Assembly: GCA_963732385.1 (NCBI GenBank)
Contig: CAVSZB010000007.1
Coordinates: 1,344,001 to 1,408,000 of the forward strand
DNA length: 64,000 nt
Direction of reading: 5' to 3'
From: an uncultured bacterium
GTDB lineage: Bacteria > Krumholzibacteriota > Krumholzibacteriia > LZORAL124-64-63
This document shows positions 1-9,620 of the stretch, piece after piece. Position numbers and translations under genes: made by a program. Every line of letters begins with the position of its first letter. The first letter of the stretch is position 1. The notes below the pieces were generated by a model. That model ran no database searches. It saw only the letters and a program-made list of their open reading frames with translations, and was not told the DNA's origin.

Positions 1-60
1 AGGCGGAAAGAACGAAGCGATGGCGTCCCATTGTTCATCCGTCAGTTCGTAGCGATGCAT
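1..60 (-). CDS. IS5-family transposase, N-terminal 20 aa (partial)
   Basis: Translates MHRYELTDEQWDAIASFFPP, the LTDEQW..I...P start typical of IS5/DUF4096 transposases; strong SD upstream. Too short for the ORF track. Confidence 0.8.
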   Translation of the reverse strand, partial: MHRYELTDEQWDAIASFFPP

Positions 61-141
61 CCTTGCTGGCCTCCTTTGAGGACCGCCTTCCGTGGCGGCC
101 GGAGGCCAGCTTATCAGATCAGAAGCTTTTCAGACAGAACC
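1..141 (-). mobile_element. IS5-family insertion sequence, transposase-proximal end (continues beyond the window start)
   Basis: Minus strand reads TTA|GGTTCTGTCTGAAAAG from 144, resembling an IS5-type terminal inverted repeat after a TA/TTA target. It is followed by SD AAAGGAGG and a transposase-like start at 60. Confidence 0.75.
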
Positions 142-333
142 TAATAGGCGTATCAGCCCATAGACGATGAGCCAGATCGAAATGGAGGCAAGAATAATGA
201 GCACCGAATCGATCTGTTCCGCCCATACGCGACGCCAGAACCCCACGTACGCCAGGTCAGATCCTGTAACGGTGGCACACACCTGTCGCTGGAGGTGGGA
301 TCTCCCATCAGCATGCATTCCGGGCCACAGCAC
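130..333 (-). pseudogene. RDD-family membrane protein, 5' fragment truncated by the IS (start uncertain)
   Basis: YVGFWRRVWAEQIDSVLII matches the RDD N-terminal motif (YAGFWRR..A..ID). The frame runs into the IS end at 141 and stops at 130. Confidence 0.65.
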
Positions 334-350
334 CTTTCAAAACAGGCGGC

Positions 351-1769
351 CTACTTCAACATCAGCGCTTCCTTCATTATGAGTTCGCCACCCACCTCGA
401 TCCGGAAGAAGTACTGGCCTGAGGGTGCCGATTGTCCCGCGGAACTCCGGCCATCCCAGGTCACCGCGTGCTCGCCGGCCGGGAATACGCGGTTCGCGAG
501 TTCGGCCATCCGCCGTCCGCGGACGTCGAAGACCTCCACGCGCACGGCCTGCGTCTGCGCCAGCGAGAGGTGCACCGTCGTTCGCGGATTGAACGGGTTG
601 GGGGAGATCCGGACCTGCGGCGACGCGATCGACTTGTCGGCGGGGCACGACGCCTCGATCAGGTCCGTGCCGCTGACCGGCTGTCCTGAGAAGGTCTCAC
701 CGATCAGCGTGGCCTTGGTGTCGCCGGACTCGATCCCGGTCCCGGCAAGCAGAAAATGGAACATCAGGTCGAGGTCCCCGTCGTCGTCGACGTCCTCCTC
801 GTGCCTGGTCAGGCCCGCCAGATCGGTGTGGGCCTCGGGAGCTTCCGCCGGGCCGAACCGCACCGTGGTGTGATCGACCGTCGTCGCGTCGAATTCGTCG
901 GTGGTCAGCAGCACCACCGGGACCACGCCCTGGGCGGGATCGGCACAGAGGCTGATGTGGTTCTCCTCGCTGCCGGGCTTCACATCGATCCGTACCTCGA
1001 TGACGCACTGCGGGACCTGCGCGGCGAGCCACCTGGGATCCGCGTCGTCCGCTTCCGGCAGGCTGCCCAGCCGGGCGTCATTCCCGTTGGGCGACAGGTC
1101 GGCCGCGACCTGCCCGGAGCCTTCGTCGAACTTCCAGCAACCCAGAAGACCGGTCTCGTCGCCGTGCAGCCGGACGCACATCATGTCCCGGAGCTGCTCC
1201 GGCGTGCGCGCAACGTTCCACAGGCGGGCCTCGTCGATCAGGCCGACGATGCCGTCGGAGAAGTTGGTGAAGCGCCCGATGAAGAGGTCGGTGCCGTACG
1301 CGCTGAGCGGGCCGGTCATCGCGCGCCGGCTCACCTCGATGCCGTTGACGTACAGGCGCATCATCGCCCCGTCGTAGGTGCCGGCGACATGCACCCACTG
1401 GCCGTACGGCAGGACTGCGAGGGGCGACCGCAGCAACTGGCGCGAGCCGTTGACCGCGAGGTCGAACAGGAATTCCTGCGTCGATGAGTTGACGCCGAGA
1501 TGGTACTGGTAATAGGGAGGATTGTGGTTGTAGTAGGCCTTCTCGATGAGCGGACAGTTGCCCAGGTCGTAGAATCTGCGGGGGATCAGGCACCACGCCT
1601 CGATGGTGATGGCGTTCGCGGGATTGAGGGACGCGTTGTTCGCGGCGCGCAGGTAGTCGTGGCCATCGAACTCGAGGGCCGAGCAGACCGCACCGGCGGA
1701 CACCGCCGGCAAAAGAGCCAGGGCCAGAAAAAGGGCCGCGCACCTGAATGGACGCCGGAACGGGTGCAT
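351..1769 (-). CDS. Secreted LamG-like jellyroll protein with C-terminal FlgD Ig-like domain
   Basis: Signal peptide; LamG motifs ITIEAW, WVHVAGTYDG..MRLYVNG, GLIDEARLWN; IDVKPGS...DVDDDGDLDL module; C-terminal PNPFNPRT...VFDVRGR...WDGR...SGQYF. Confidence 0.85.
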   Translation of the reverse strand: MHPFRRPFRCAALFLALALLPAVSAGAVCSALEFDGHDYLRAANNASLNPANAITIEAWCLIPRRFYDLGNCPLIEKAYYNHNPPYYQYHLGVNSSTQEFLFDLAVNGSRQLLRSPLAVLPYGQWVHVAGTYDGAMMRLYVNGIEVSRRAMTGPLSAYGTDLFIGRFTNFSDGIVGLIDEARLWNVARTPEQLRDMMCVRLHGDETGLLGCWKFDEGSGQVAADLSPNGNDARLGSLPEADDADPRWLAAQVPQCVIEVRIDVKPGSEENHISLCADPAQGVVPVVLLTTDEFDATTVDHTTVRFGPAEAPEAHTDLAGLTRHEEDVDDDGDLDLMFHFLLAGTGIESGDTKATLIGETFSGQPVSGTDLIEASCPADKSIASPQVRISPNPFNPRTTVHLSLAQTQAVRVEVFDVRGRRMAELANRVFPAGEHAVTWDGRSSAGQSAPSGQYFFRIEVGGELIMKEALMLK

Positions 1770-1928
1770 GATCGTACTCCATCCTGCGAGGCTGATTTGA
1801 AACTGGCGGCCGTTCTCAGGGCGAAATGAGCGGTATTCACATTATCATATTTTGCCTCGCTGGTGAATATATTCTCCGCTGCGGCGACCTGGCGTACCTG
1901 TAACAACAAGGTAATCGGATCTCAGTTG

Positions 1929-3941
1929 TCAGGATACGGCCGGCGCCGGCCGTGAATCCGCGGGGGTCGGAAACCGCCGCAGCAGACAGTCGTGCAGCGC
2001 CTCGGGCGAGTCGAAGTCGGAGGCGCGCAACCTCCACTCCGTCGGTGCGACGAGGAACGGCTCGGTCTGACGTCCACCGAGACCACCGTGGCTGCTGAGC
2101 TGTTCCTCGAAGACACAGACCTGGCCGCCAGGCAGGAGGGCCCCGTTGACGAGGAGATCGCCGGAGAGCGGAGAGGCGAGGATCCGGGCGATTTCGCCGG
2201 CCCAGCGGTCGGGGTCCCCGTAGACGGCGAGCGGATCGCAATCGCCGTGCAGCTCGCCCGTGGCCAGATCGCGGGCGCCGCGGGGACCGATTACGACGCC
2301 GCCGGCGTAGCCGCGGCGGGCGGCGATGAAGGCGACGCCGTCGTGCCGCACCAGCCCTTCCACCAGGCCGGGGTGCTCGGCCTCGACCTCGGACAGCACG
2401 GCCGCCCGATCCCAGCCGGCCAGATAGATGTGCGCGAGGCAGCCCGACACGCAGACCCGCGGACCGGGCGACGGCAGCCCGCTACGGTCCTGGCCGTCGA
2501 ACGACCAGCGGCGCAGCCGGTCGAGCGTGCGGCGGCTGCGCGCGGCGACCGGCCGCCGCTCCTCGGCCTGGCTTGCCGCCATCTCCGCCAGCAGCGCCGC
2601 CACGAAGGTCGGAGTGGAGGCGCCGTCGTCCGCGACGACCGCCTCGCTGCCGACCAGGCCGGCCACCATTTCCTCCAGCGTGCGGCCGTCGAGTCTGGCG
2701 AACGGAACGCTGGCCGACTGCCCGTGATCCGAGAGCAGGACCACATCGTAGGCGATCGGCGCCCCGGTGCGCAGGAGGCGCAGGAGGCGGCGCAGCTTGC
2801 GGTCGAAGGCCGACAGCGAGACGAGCGCCTCGTACGAGTCGGCGCCGCCGTAGTGCGCCACCTCGTCGTAGCCGACGAAGTTCGTGTAGATCACCGGCAC
2901 GCCGCGCATGAGGTCCTGCTTGATCAGGAAGTGGGACGTCTCGCGCAGGAGCGAGTTGGCCACGGCGCGCATGGCGGCCTGCTTCAGGCCGCGGTGCACG
3001 CGCGCCCGGCGCCGGCCGAGCCGTCCGATCAGCGTCCAGCCGAAGGCGGCGCCGAAATCGACCACCGCCGCCAGCAACGCCTTCGTGTACTCGAACGGGC
3101 TGAGCCAGAAGAGCGAAAGATCGGTCAGCTCGGCGCGACGCCGGGCTTCGTCGGGATCCCCCTGGGCGCTCAGGGTGAAGAGTCGCTTCGTCGCTCCGCC
3201 CGACAGGAAGCTGGTGATGCAGGAGCCGCCGGCCAGTAGCGGAACGCCGTCGGCTGCGGCCAGCGCCTCGAGCCGGCGCAGATCGGCGCTGTCGCTGGCG
3301 GCCCGCAGACGGCCCTCCGCGCGATCGTACCAGCGGTAGCCGGGCGTGTGGCGGCGCGATCCGAACAGCAGACCGGCCTGCACGGCGGGGGTGTTCGACG
3401 GGATACCGCAGTGCCAGCGGTGCAGCGTGTGACTGCCGCGCGCCAGCAGCGCGGAGATCGCCGGCACGCGCCCCCGCAACAGCGCGCGACGCAGGCTGCC
3501 GTGCGAGAGCCCGTCGATCTGCAGCAGAAGCAGTCCGCGCCGCACCGCCGGCGAGCGGGGCGGACCGAACCGCCGCCCGAGCCGGTGCAGCATCGATTGG
3601 AAGAACGGGTAGGTTTCGTCAATGCCGAGCCAGCCCACGAGGGCGGAGTTGATCACGCTAAGGATGGCCAACCCCGCGATGGTGTCGAGGAGGCGGTCCA
3701 TGACGAGAGGATGTCCGAGCCGCGCGGCGAGGTACAGCAGACCACCGTTGATGAAGAGGGTCGGCAGCCCCAGCGTCACGATGTTGAGCGGCAGGGTCGC
3801 CAGGACGAGCAGCGGGCGCAGGACGATCATCAGGAGCGCCATCTCCACCGGCAGGATCAGCGCGCTGGCCCACCAGTGCGGCGCGGAATGGTCGAAACGG
3901 AAACCGGGCAACAGGGAGGTGGCGAGCAACAGCGACAGCAC
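1929..3941 (-). CDS. 4-TM phage-holin-like domain fused to an alkaline-phosphatase-superfamily (NPP-type) domain; true start may be upstream (about 4058)
   Basis: Holin-like RPLL..ATLPLNIVTLGL..LFING; AlkP ligands IDGL, PSNTP, DEVAH, SDHG, SHGG. Confidence 0.8.
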   Translation of the reverse strand: MLSLLLATSLLPGFRFDHSAPHWWASALILPVEMALLMIVLRPLLVLATLPLNIVTLGLPTLFINGGLLYLAARLGHPLVMDRLLDTIAGLAILSVINSALVGWLGIDETYPFFQSMLHRLGRRFGPPRSPAVRRGLLLLQIDGLSHGSLRRALLRGRVPAISALLARGSHTLHRWHCGIPSNTPAVQAGLLFGSRRHTPGYRWYDRAEGRLRAASDSADLRRLEALAAADGVPLLAGGSCITSFLSGGATKRLFTLSAQGDPDEARRRAELTDLSLFWLSPFEYTKALLAAVVDFGAAFGWTLIGRLGRRRARVHRGLKQAAMRAVANSLLRETSHFLIKQDLMRGVPVIYTNFVGYDEVAHYGGADSYEALVSLSAFDRKLRRLLRLLRTGAPIAYDVVLLSDHGQSASVPFARLDGRTLEEMVAGLVGSEAVVADDGASTPTFVAALLAEMAASQAEERRPVAARSRRTLDRLRRWSFDGQDRSGLPSPGPRVCVSGCLAHIYLAGWDRAAVLSEVEAEHPGLVEGLVRHDGVAFIAARRGYAGGVVIGPRGARDLATGELHGDCDPLAVYGDPDRWAGEIARILASPLSGDLLVNGALLPGGQVCVFEEQLSSHGGLGGRQTEPFLVAPTEWRLRASDFDSPEALHDCLLRRFPTPADSRPAPAVS

Positions 3942-4065
3942 GCCGATCGCCCAGACGAGGAAATAGCGCAGGAGGATGCCCAGCGCCGTCCTGATACCGG
4001 CCTCCTTCCGCGAACCGTGCGAATCGCGGGCGCGGTCGTGGCGATGGACCGGCGCCAGCCCCCCG

Positions 4066-5562
4066 TCAGTCGGCCGCCGCCGCGCGCCGCAGGCGCGCGA
4101 TCACCCGGGGCGCGCCGATCAGCTCCATCACCGGGAAAATCCGGGCGTTGGCGTTCTGCCCGGTCAGGGCGACGCGGCACGGGTGGAGCAGCGCGCCCGG
4201 CTCCACGCCGAGATGCGCGGCCGTCCCGCGCGCCACCTCCTCGAAGAGTGCCGCGGGCGCGGCGACGACGCCATCGTCCACCGCCGCCAGCGCGTCGGCG
4301 AGTCGGGCAAGCCGCAGCCTGGCGTCGGCGACCGCCAGGTCCGCGGCCACGGCCGCCGCATCGACGGGGTAGTCCTCGGTGAAGAAGAAGGCGATCTGGT
4401 CAGGCACGCGCACCAGGTCGCTGAAGCGGTTGCCCAGAGCGCGCAGGACGGCGTCGAGGTAATGTGACGTGTCGCCGCCGGCCGGCGTGCGCCAGGTCGG
4501 ATCGACGGACCAGCCGCGCTCGGCGAGCCGCGGCAGCACGAGCGCGAGGCGCCGCGCGGGCGACAGCCGCTTGATGTGCTCGCCGTTGATGTAGGCGAGC
4601 TTGTCGTAGTCGAACGCGGCCGGTGCGCTCCCCACCCGCTTGAGCGTGAATTTCTTCACGAGCTGGTCCCGCGCGAGGACCTCCTCGCCGCCCGGTCCGG
4701 GCGACCAGCCGAGCAGCGCGAGGTAGTTCACCATGGCGTCGGGCAGGATGCCCCGGGCGGCGAACTCCTCCACGCTGGTGGCGCCGTGCCGCTTGCTCAG
4801 GCGCTTGCGATCGGGGCCGAGGATCATGGGCAGGTGACCGAATTTGGGCCGCGGCCAGCCGCAGGCATCGTAGAGCAGGAGCTGCGCCGGCGTGTTGCTG
4901 ACGTGGTCGTCGCCCCGCAGCACGTGGCTGATCCCCATCAAGTGGTCGTCCACCACGACCGCGAAGTTGTAGGTCGGAAAATCGTCGGCCTTGACCAGCA
5001 CGCGATCGGTGAGTCCGGCGTTCTGGAACTCGCGTCTGCCGTAGACGATGTCGTTCCAGACCGTCGATCCGTCGTCCGGCGTGCGCAGGCGCCAGCTCGG
5101 GCGGATACCCCGCGCCTCCAGGTCGCTGCGGTCGGCATCGGTGAGGCGGCGGCAGCGGCCGTCGTAGCCGGGCGTCTGACCGGCGGCGAGCGCCGCCTCG
5201 CGCCCCCGCTCGAGTTCTTCAGGATCGCAGTAGCAGGGATAGGCGTGGCCCGCCTCGCGCAGGCGGTTCAATTGCTCGCGGTAAAGGTCGAGCCGCTCCG
5301 ACTGCACATACGGCCCCCGATCCCCGCCGACGCCCGGGCCCTCGTCCCAGTCGAGGCCGAGGAACTCCAGCCCGCGCAGGATGGCGGCATACGACTCCTC
5401 CGTGCTGCGCACCTGGTCGGTGTCTTCGACGCGCAGGATGAACCGGCCCCCCTGGCCGCGGGCGTAGAGCCAGTTGAAGAGCGCCGTGCGCGCTCCGCCG
5501 ACATGCAGGAAGCCGGTCGGGCTCGGCGCGAAGCGGACACGGATCGCGGGCGGGTCGGTCAT
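4066..5562 (-). CDS. gltX: Glutamate--tRNA ligase
   Basis: RFAPSPTGFLHVGG (HIGH), LSKR (KMSKS), CYC...YDGRC, full C-terminal anticodon-binding region; ATG at 5562. Confidence 0.96.
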   Translation of the reverse strand: MTDPPAIRVRFAPSPTGFLHVGGARTALFNWLYARGQGGRFILRVEDTDQVRSTEESYAAILRGLEFLGLDWDEGPGVGGDRGPYVQSERLDLYREQLNRLREAGHAYPCYCDPEELERGREAALAAGQTPGYDGRCRRLTDADRSDLEARGIRPSWRLRTPDDGSTVWNDIVYGRREFQNAGLTDRVLVKADDFPTYNFAVVVDDHLMGISHVLRGDDHVSNTPAQLLLYDACGWPRPKFGHLPMILGPDRKRLSKRHGATSVEEFAARGILPDAMVNYLALLGWSPGPGGEEVLARDQLVKKFTLKRVGSAPAAFDYDKLAYINGEHIKRLSPARRLALVLPRLAERGWSVDPTWRTPAGGDTSHYLDAVLRALGNRFSDLVRVPDQIAFFFTEDYPVDAAAVAADLAVADARLRLARLADALAAVDDGVVAAPAALFEEVARGTAAHLGVEPGALLHPCRVALTGQNANARIFPVMELIGAPRVIARLRRAAAAD

Positions 5563-5587
5563 GGCGACGCCTTTGCCGGAACGCGGG

Positions 5588-6738
5588 TCAGGAGCCATCC
5601 GCGGCGGGGAACAGATGCGGCGAGCGCGGCTGAACGGCGGCGCCGATCGGTTCCGCGCCCGAGACCGGGTCGAGCCGGGCAGCCAGATCCGCGGGCGACA
5701 CGCCGTACACCCGGCTGCAGACGCGCGCCCAGCTGTCGCCGCCCGCCACGCCGGCAAGCGCCTCGCGCAGCCTGGGCAGGCCGCCGTGGTCCTCCACCAG
5801 CCGCCAGGCCATTACGAACGCGGAGTAGCTGGCGCAGCGAAAGCGCTTCTGGTCCTGCGCGCCGTCGGTGTCGGGCGGGCCGGCGAGGATCGTGTCGATC
5901 TCGACCGGCGGGAAGAACACCGGCCCCTCGGGTCGGTAGGGCGCCATGAAATTGGCGAGGTGCGGCCCCATGTCAGCGATGTAGGACGCCAGTCCCTGGC
6001 GCAGCCAGAGCGGCAGGCGGTCTTCCGTGGCGCGATCGAGCATCCAGAGGGTGGTCATTTCGACGGCGACATGCCCGGCGAGTGACCGCGCCAGGAGCGT
6101 CGGCACCGGCTCCACGAAACAGCTGTCTCCGTCGAGCCGGTAGAGACGCCAGGAACCGTAGCCGGTGCGCGCCGTGTAGTTCTCGAGGTTGTCGGGATTG
6201 ACGATCCGCAGCTGACCGTCCGGCGCCAGGTCGAGCAGATCGCGCGCGCGGTGCCGGGCCCAGTCGCACAGCTCGACGAACAGCATCAGATCGCACGGCG
6301 CGTATTGGGGCGAACAGGCAAAAGTGAGCCACGGCAGGGCCAGACGGCCGGGATCCACCGTGAGACCGTCGCGCGGAACCAGTTGCCCGCCGCGACAGAA
6401 ACTGCCAACGCCATAGGGTCGACCGTCCGCCGCGAGCGGTGGCTGCCAGTCGTGCCAGAAGAATGCGTGCATGTGATCGGGGTAGCCCGAGGCCGCCAGC
6501 TGCGCCGCGGTGAAGCGGGGGAAAGGGCCGGCCGGTGTGAGATCGGCCAGGTGGTGGGGATGCGCCGCCGGCGACGGCGTGGCGGCCGCTTCCGGCGGCG
6601 GTGCAGCCGCTTCCGGCGGCGGCGCGCCCCCCCGCCCGTCGCGTGGGCACAGCCCGGCGCGGGGACGTACAGCGCGAGAGCGGCGGCGATCGCTACGACC
6701 GCCAGGGCGGCGGAGCGGACCGGGCGCGCCGCAATCAC
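5588..6738 (-). CDS. Exported hypothetical protein, frameshifted at a G7 tract (6627-6633)
   Basis: GTG at 6738 overlaps the upstream stop and encodes a signal peptide. One extra G joins it to the 5588-6472 ORF. PLWLRQGLA resembles a degenerate peptidase-MA-like P.WL.EGLA motif. Confidence 0.6.
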
Positions 6739-8609
6739 TTTCCCGCCGCCTTCAGCTTCTTCGCTTCGGTGTAACATTTGGCCGCCTCGCTCTTCTTGCC
6801 GAGTTTGTCGTACGCCAGCCCCATGTTCTGCAGGGCCTCCGACGTCTCCTTCAGAGCGAGCGCCTGGTTGTAGACGTCGATCGCCTTCTGGTACTGACCC
6901 TGATGGTACCGGCAGAGCCCCAGGGCAAACACCGTGGGATAAGCGGTCGGATCGAGCTGCTGTGTCGATTCCAGCGCCGCGACGGCGTCATCATACCTGC
7001 CGGCCTCAAGCATGGCCCGGCCGAGGCTGTAGAACGCCTCCTTGAATTTCGGATCGAGCGTTACCGCCTCCTGGAAGGCAACGATCGCCTCATCGCGTCT
7101 GGCCACCCGGTTCAGACAGTAGCCGAGGTTGTAGTTCAGCTTGGCGTCGGGAACCAGCGCGATGGCCTGACGGTACGCCTCGGCCGCCTCCGCGTACTGC
7201 TCGAGCTGCCGCAGGCTCGAGGCCAGCGCGGACCAGGCCGGAGCCATGCCGGGATCGACCTTCACCGCGCGCCGCAGGGGGCCGATCGCCAGGTTGAATT
7301 TCTGCTCGCGAATGAGGCTGACGGCGTAGTTGTAGAGGGTCGCCGGCGACGTGTCCGGGTCGGCCACCACGTCGGAAAAGTAGCGGCGCGCCGCGGCGCT
7401 GTCGCCCGCCCTCAGGCAGAGATTTCCGAGCCGCGCCTTCAGATCGGACCGGGTGGAGCCGGCGGCGAGCGCGCGCTCGTAGGCGCGGATCGCTTCGGGC
7501 ACGTCTCCGGTGTCCTCCGCGACGCGGCCCATGGCGAGCCAGGCGCCGGCGGCCTGGGGATGGTCCCGCGTGGCGCGCTGCACGACCTCGCGCGCCTTGT
7601 CTCTCTCGCCGGCCGCCAGATAGGCCCCCACGATTCCCACGAGCACCTCGTCCCGCTCGGGTGCGAGGGCGAAGGCTTTGGCGTAGAGAACGGCCGCTTC
7701 GGCCGGCAGATCCGACTCGGCCAGCATGTTCGCGTCGGCGATGTAGCCGGCGAGCAGGCGCGCCACCAAAGCGCGGGCGGGGGCCGCGGCCGTGGAATCC
7801 TCGGCCTGCGCCGCGGCGGCGATCAGCCGGCGAGCCTCGGCCAGATGCTGTTCGAGCGCCGTACGGGCGGCGGCCGGTTCAGCGGCGTCGTCGGCCAGTT
7901 GCGCGAGCGCGAGCGCGGCGCGCATCCGCTCGTCCCCCTTGTCCGACGGAAGGGTCGCCAGCGCCGAAGCGAAAGCCTCCTTCGCCTTCTTCGGCTGACC
8001 AGCCTGGCGGTACGCCTCGCCCATCAACCGGGCGGCATCGGAACCGCCCTCAGGGTCGAGCTTCTGGTAGGCGGCGAATTCCGAAACCGCCAGTTCGTAC
8101 GCCTCGAGATGCACGAAAACCAGCGCGAGATTGCGGTGATAGTCGCCCTGCCGGGGGTCGGCCTGCACGGCCGAGATGAACGCGTCGCGCGCCAGCAGCC
8201 ACTCCTGTCGCTCGGCATAGATGACGCCCAGGTTGTTGTAGAGCTCGGGGTCGCGCGGATTGGCCAGGATGCGCGAGTTCAGATCGGAGATCTGCTGCTC
8301 GATCGTGAGTTCCTGATGCTCGTAGCGCCACGCCGCCGCGTCGGCCGCGAGGCTGTCGCGGACCGCGGCCTGACGCGCGTTGAAGCGCCGCGCCCATTCG
8401 TTGTGGCGCGCGATCGAATCGACGGCGGCCGAGCCGGCCGCGCTGGAGTCTGCCGGAGTGGCGACGGGATTCGACGCCGCCGCCGCTCCGCACGGAGCGG
8501 TCAGCAGGACCCCGACGATCGCCATGACAGGCAGCGGAAAGCGTTTACGAAGCGTCAATGCCGGCCTCCCCAGGCTCGCCGCGGACGGTTGTCCGTCGAG
8601 GCGCGCCAT
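6735..8609 (-). CDS. Exported tetratricopeptide-repeat protein (start uncertain, 8525-8609)
   Basis: Many TPR units (YNNLGVIY...A...DP; YNLGYCL; LQNMGLAY); N-terminal signal-like segment. Confidence 0.9.
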   Translation of the reverse strand: MARLDGQPSAASLGRPALTLRKRFPLPVMAIVGVLLTAPCGAAAASNPVATPADSSAAGSAAVDSIARHNEWARRFNARQAAVRDSLAADAAAWRYEHQELTIEQQISDLNSRILANPRDPELYNNLGVIYAERQEWLLARDAFISAVQADPRQGDYHRNLALVFVHLEAYELAVSEFAAYQKLDPEGGSDAARLMGEAYRQAGQPKKAKEAFASALATLPSDKGDERMRAALALAQLADDAAEPAAARTALEQHLAEARRLIAAAAQAEDSTAAAPARALVARLLAGYIADANMLAESDLPAEAAVLYAKAFALAPERDEVLVGIVGAYLAAGERDKAREVVQRATRDHPQAAGAWLAMGRVAEDTGDVPEAIRAYERALAAGSTRSDLKARLGNLCLRAGDSAAARRYFSDVVADPDTSPATLYNYAVSLIREQKFNLAIGPLRRAVKVDPGMAPAWSALASSLRQLEQYAEAAEAYRQAIALVPDAKLNYNLGYCLNRVARRDEAIVAFQEAVTLDPKFKEAFYSLGRAMLEAGRYDDAVAALESTQQLDPTAYPTVFALGLCRYHQGQYQKAIDVYNQALALKETSEALQNMGLAYDKLGKKSEAAKCYTEAKKLKAAGK

Positions 8610-8712
8610 GATAACGGCCCTGCCGGCGCCTGTCCAGCGCGGCGGGCCGGTCGGACAATTCCAACCCCCGCCGGAACTTGACGTTCCCGTCCGATAGTGT
8701 TACCCCGGCTCC

Positions 8713-9582
8713 ATGCTGTCGTGTCTACTGCTCGGATCGGGCGGCGCCGTGCCGACCCCGGAGCGCATGCCTGCCGCCTACTGGGTGACGGTGGACGGAC
8801 TGGCGCTGCTTGTCGATCCCGGCCCCGGCGCGCTCGTGCGCCTGCTGCGCAGCCCGCACGGACCCCCCGGTGTGGACGCCATCAGCGGCCTGCTGCTCAG
8901 CCATCTGCATCTCGATCACTGCGCGGACGTGGCGCCCCTGCTGTTCGCGCTGCACTCGCCGATCCCGGCCGGGACCGACCCGCTGCTGATCGCCGGTCCG
9001 CCCGGCACGGCCCGCTACCTCGAGCGGCTGCGCGACCTCTACGGCGACTGGATCGCCCCCGCCCGGCGGGCGGTGCGGGTGGAGGAACTGGCGCCGGGCG
9101 AGTCGCTGGCGCCGGACGCGGCCGGCCAGTGGCGGCGCGCCGCCGTGGACCGGCCGGGTCCGACCGTGACCGCGCACGAGGCCAATCATGGCGAGACCCG
9201 CTTCAGCGACCTGAATCTCTGCTTCCGCTTCCGCGACGCCTCCGGCCTGACCCTTGCCTACTCGGGCGACGGGGAGAACTGCGACGGCCTGCGCGCTGCC
9301 GCCCGCGATGCCGACCTGCTGATCGTGGAGTGCTCCACGCCGGATGCGTGGTACACTCCCGGCCATCTGACGCCGTCGGCGGTGGGGGAGTTGTGCGTCG
9401 CCTCCGGACCACGACGAGTCGTGCTGACCCATCTCTACCCGCCGGCCGCGGCGCTCGATCTGCCCGCGCTGGTGCGGACGATCTGGAGCGGCCCGGTCGA
9501 AACCGCCCGTGACGGTGTGCTCTACACGGTGGGCGCCCCCCCCGGCGTGGATCCGGAACCTACCGCAGCCGACCCGCGTTGA
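8713..9582 (+). CDS. MBL-fold metallohydrolase, RNase Z/BN-like
   Basis: LLGSGG..P, VDPGPG, SHLHLDH, YSGD, IVECS, GHLT, LTHLYP motifs. Confidence 0.85.
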   Translation: MLSCLLLGSGGAVPTPERMPAAYWVTVDGLALLVDPGPGALVRLLRSPHGPPGVDAISGLLLSHLHLDHCADVAPLLFALHSPIPAGTDPLLIAGPPGTARYLERLRDLYGDWIAPARRAVRVEELAPGESLAPDAAGQWRRAAVDRPGPTVTAHEANHGETRFSDLNLCFRFRDASGLTLAYSGDGENCDGLRAAARDADLLIVECSTPDAWYTPGHLTPSAVGELCVASGPRRVVLTHLYPPAAALDLPALVRTIWSGPVETARDGVLYTVGAPPGVDPEPTAADPR

Positions 9583-9620
9583 AACGGGCGGTCCACCCCG
9601 CCCGCGAAAGGACGATCCTG

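Noticed and set aside
1929..3941. Phage lysis cassette
   Set aside because: The holin-like domain is fused to an AlkP domain downstream of gltX, with no endolysin or phage genes.
4066..5562. gltX as glutamyl-queuosine synthetase (GluQ-RS), given the Q locus
   Set aside because: It is about 498 aa with a C-terminal anticodon-binding region; GluQ-RS lacks this.
8678..8712. TTGACG-N17-TACCCC promoter giving a leaderless MBL mRNA
   Set aside because: The -10 match is too weak to support without TSS data.
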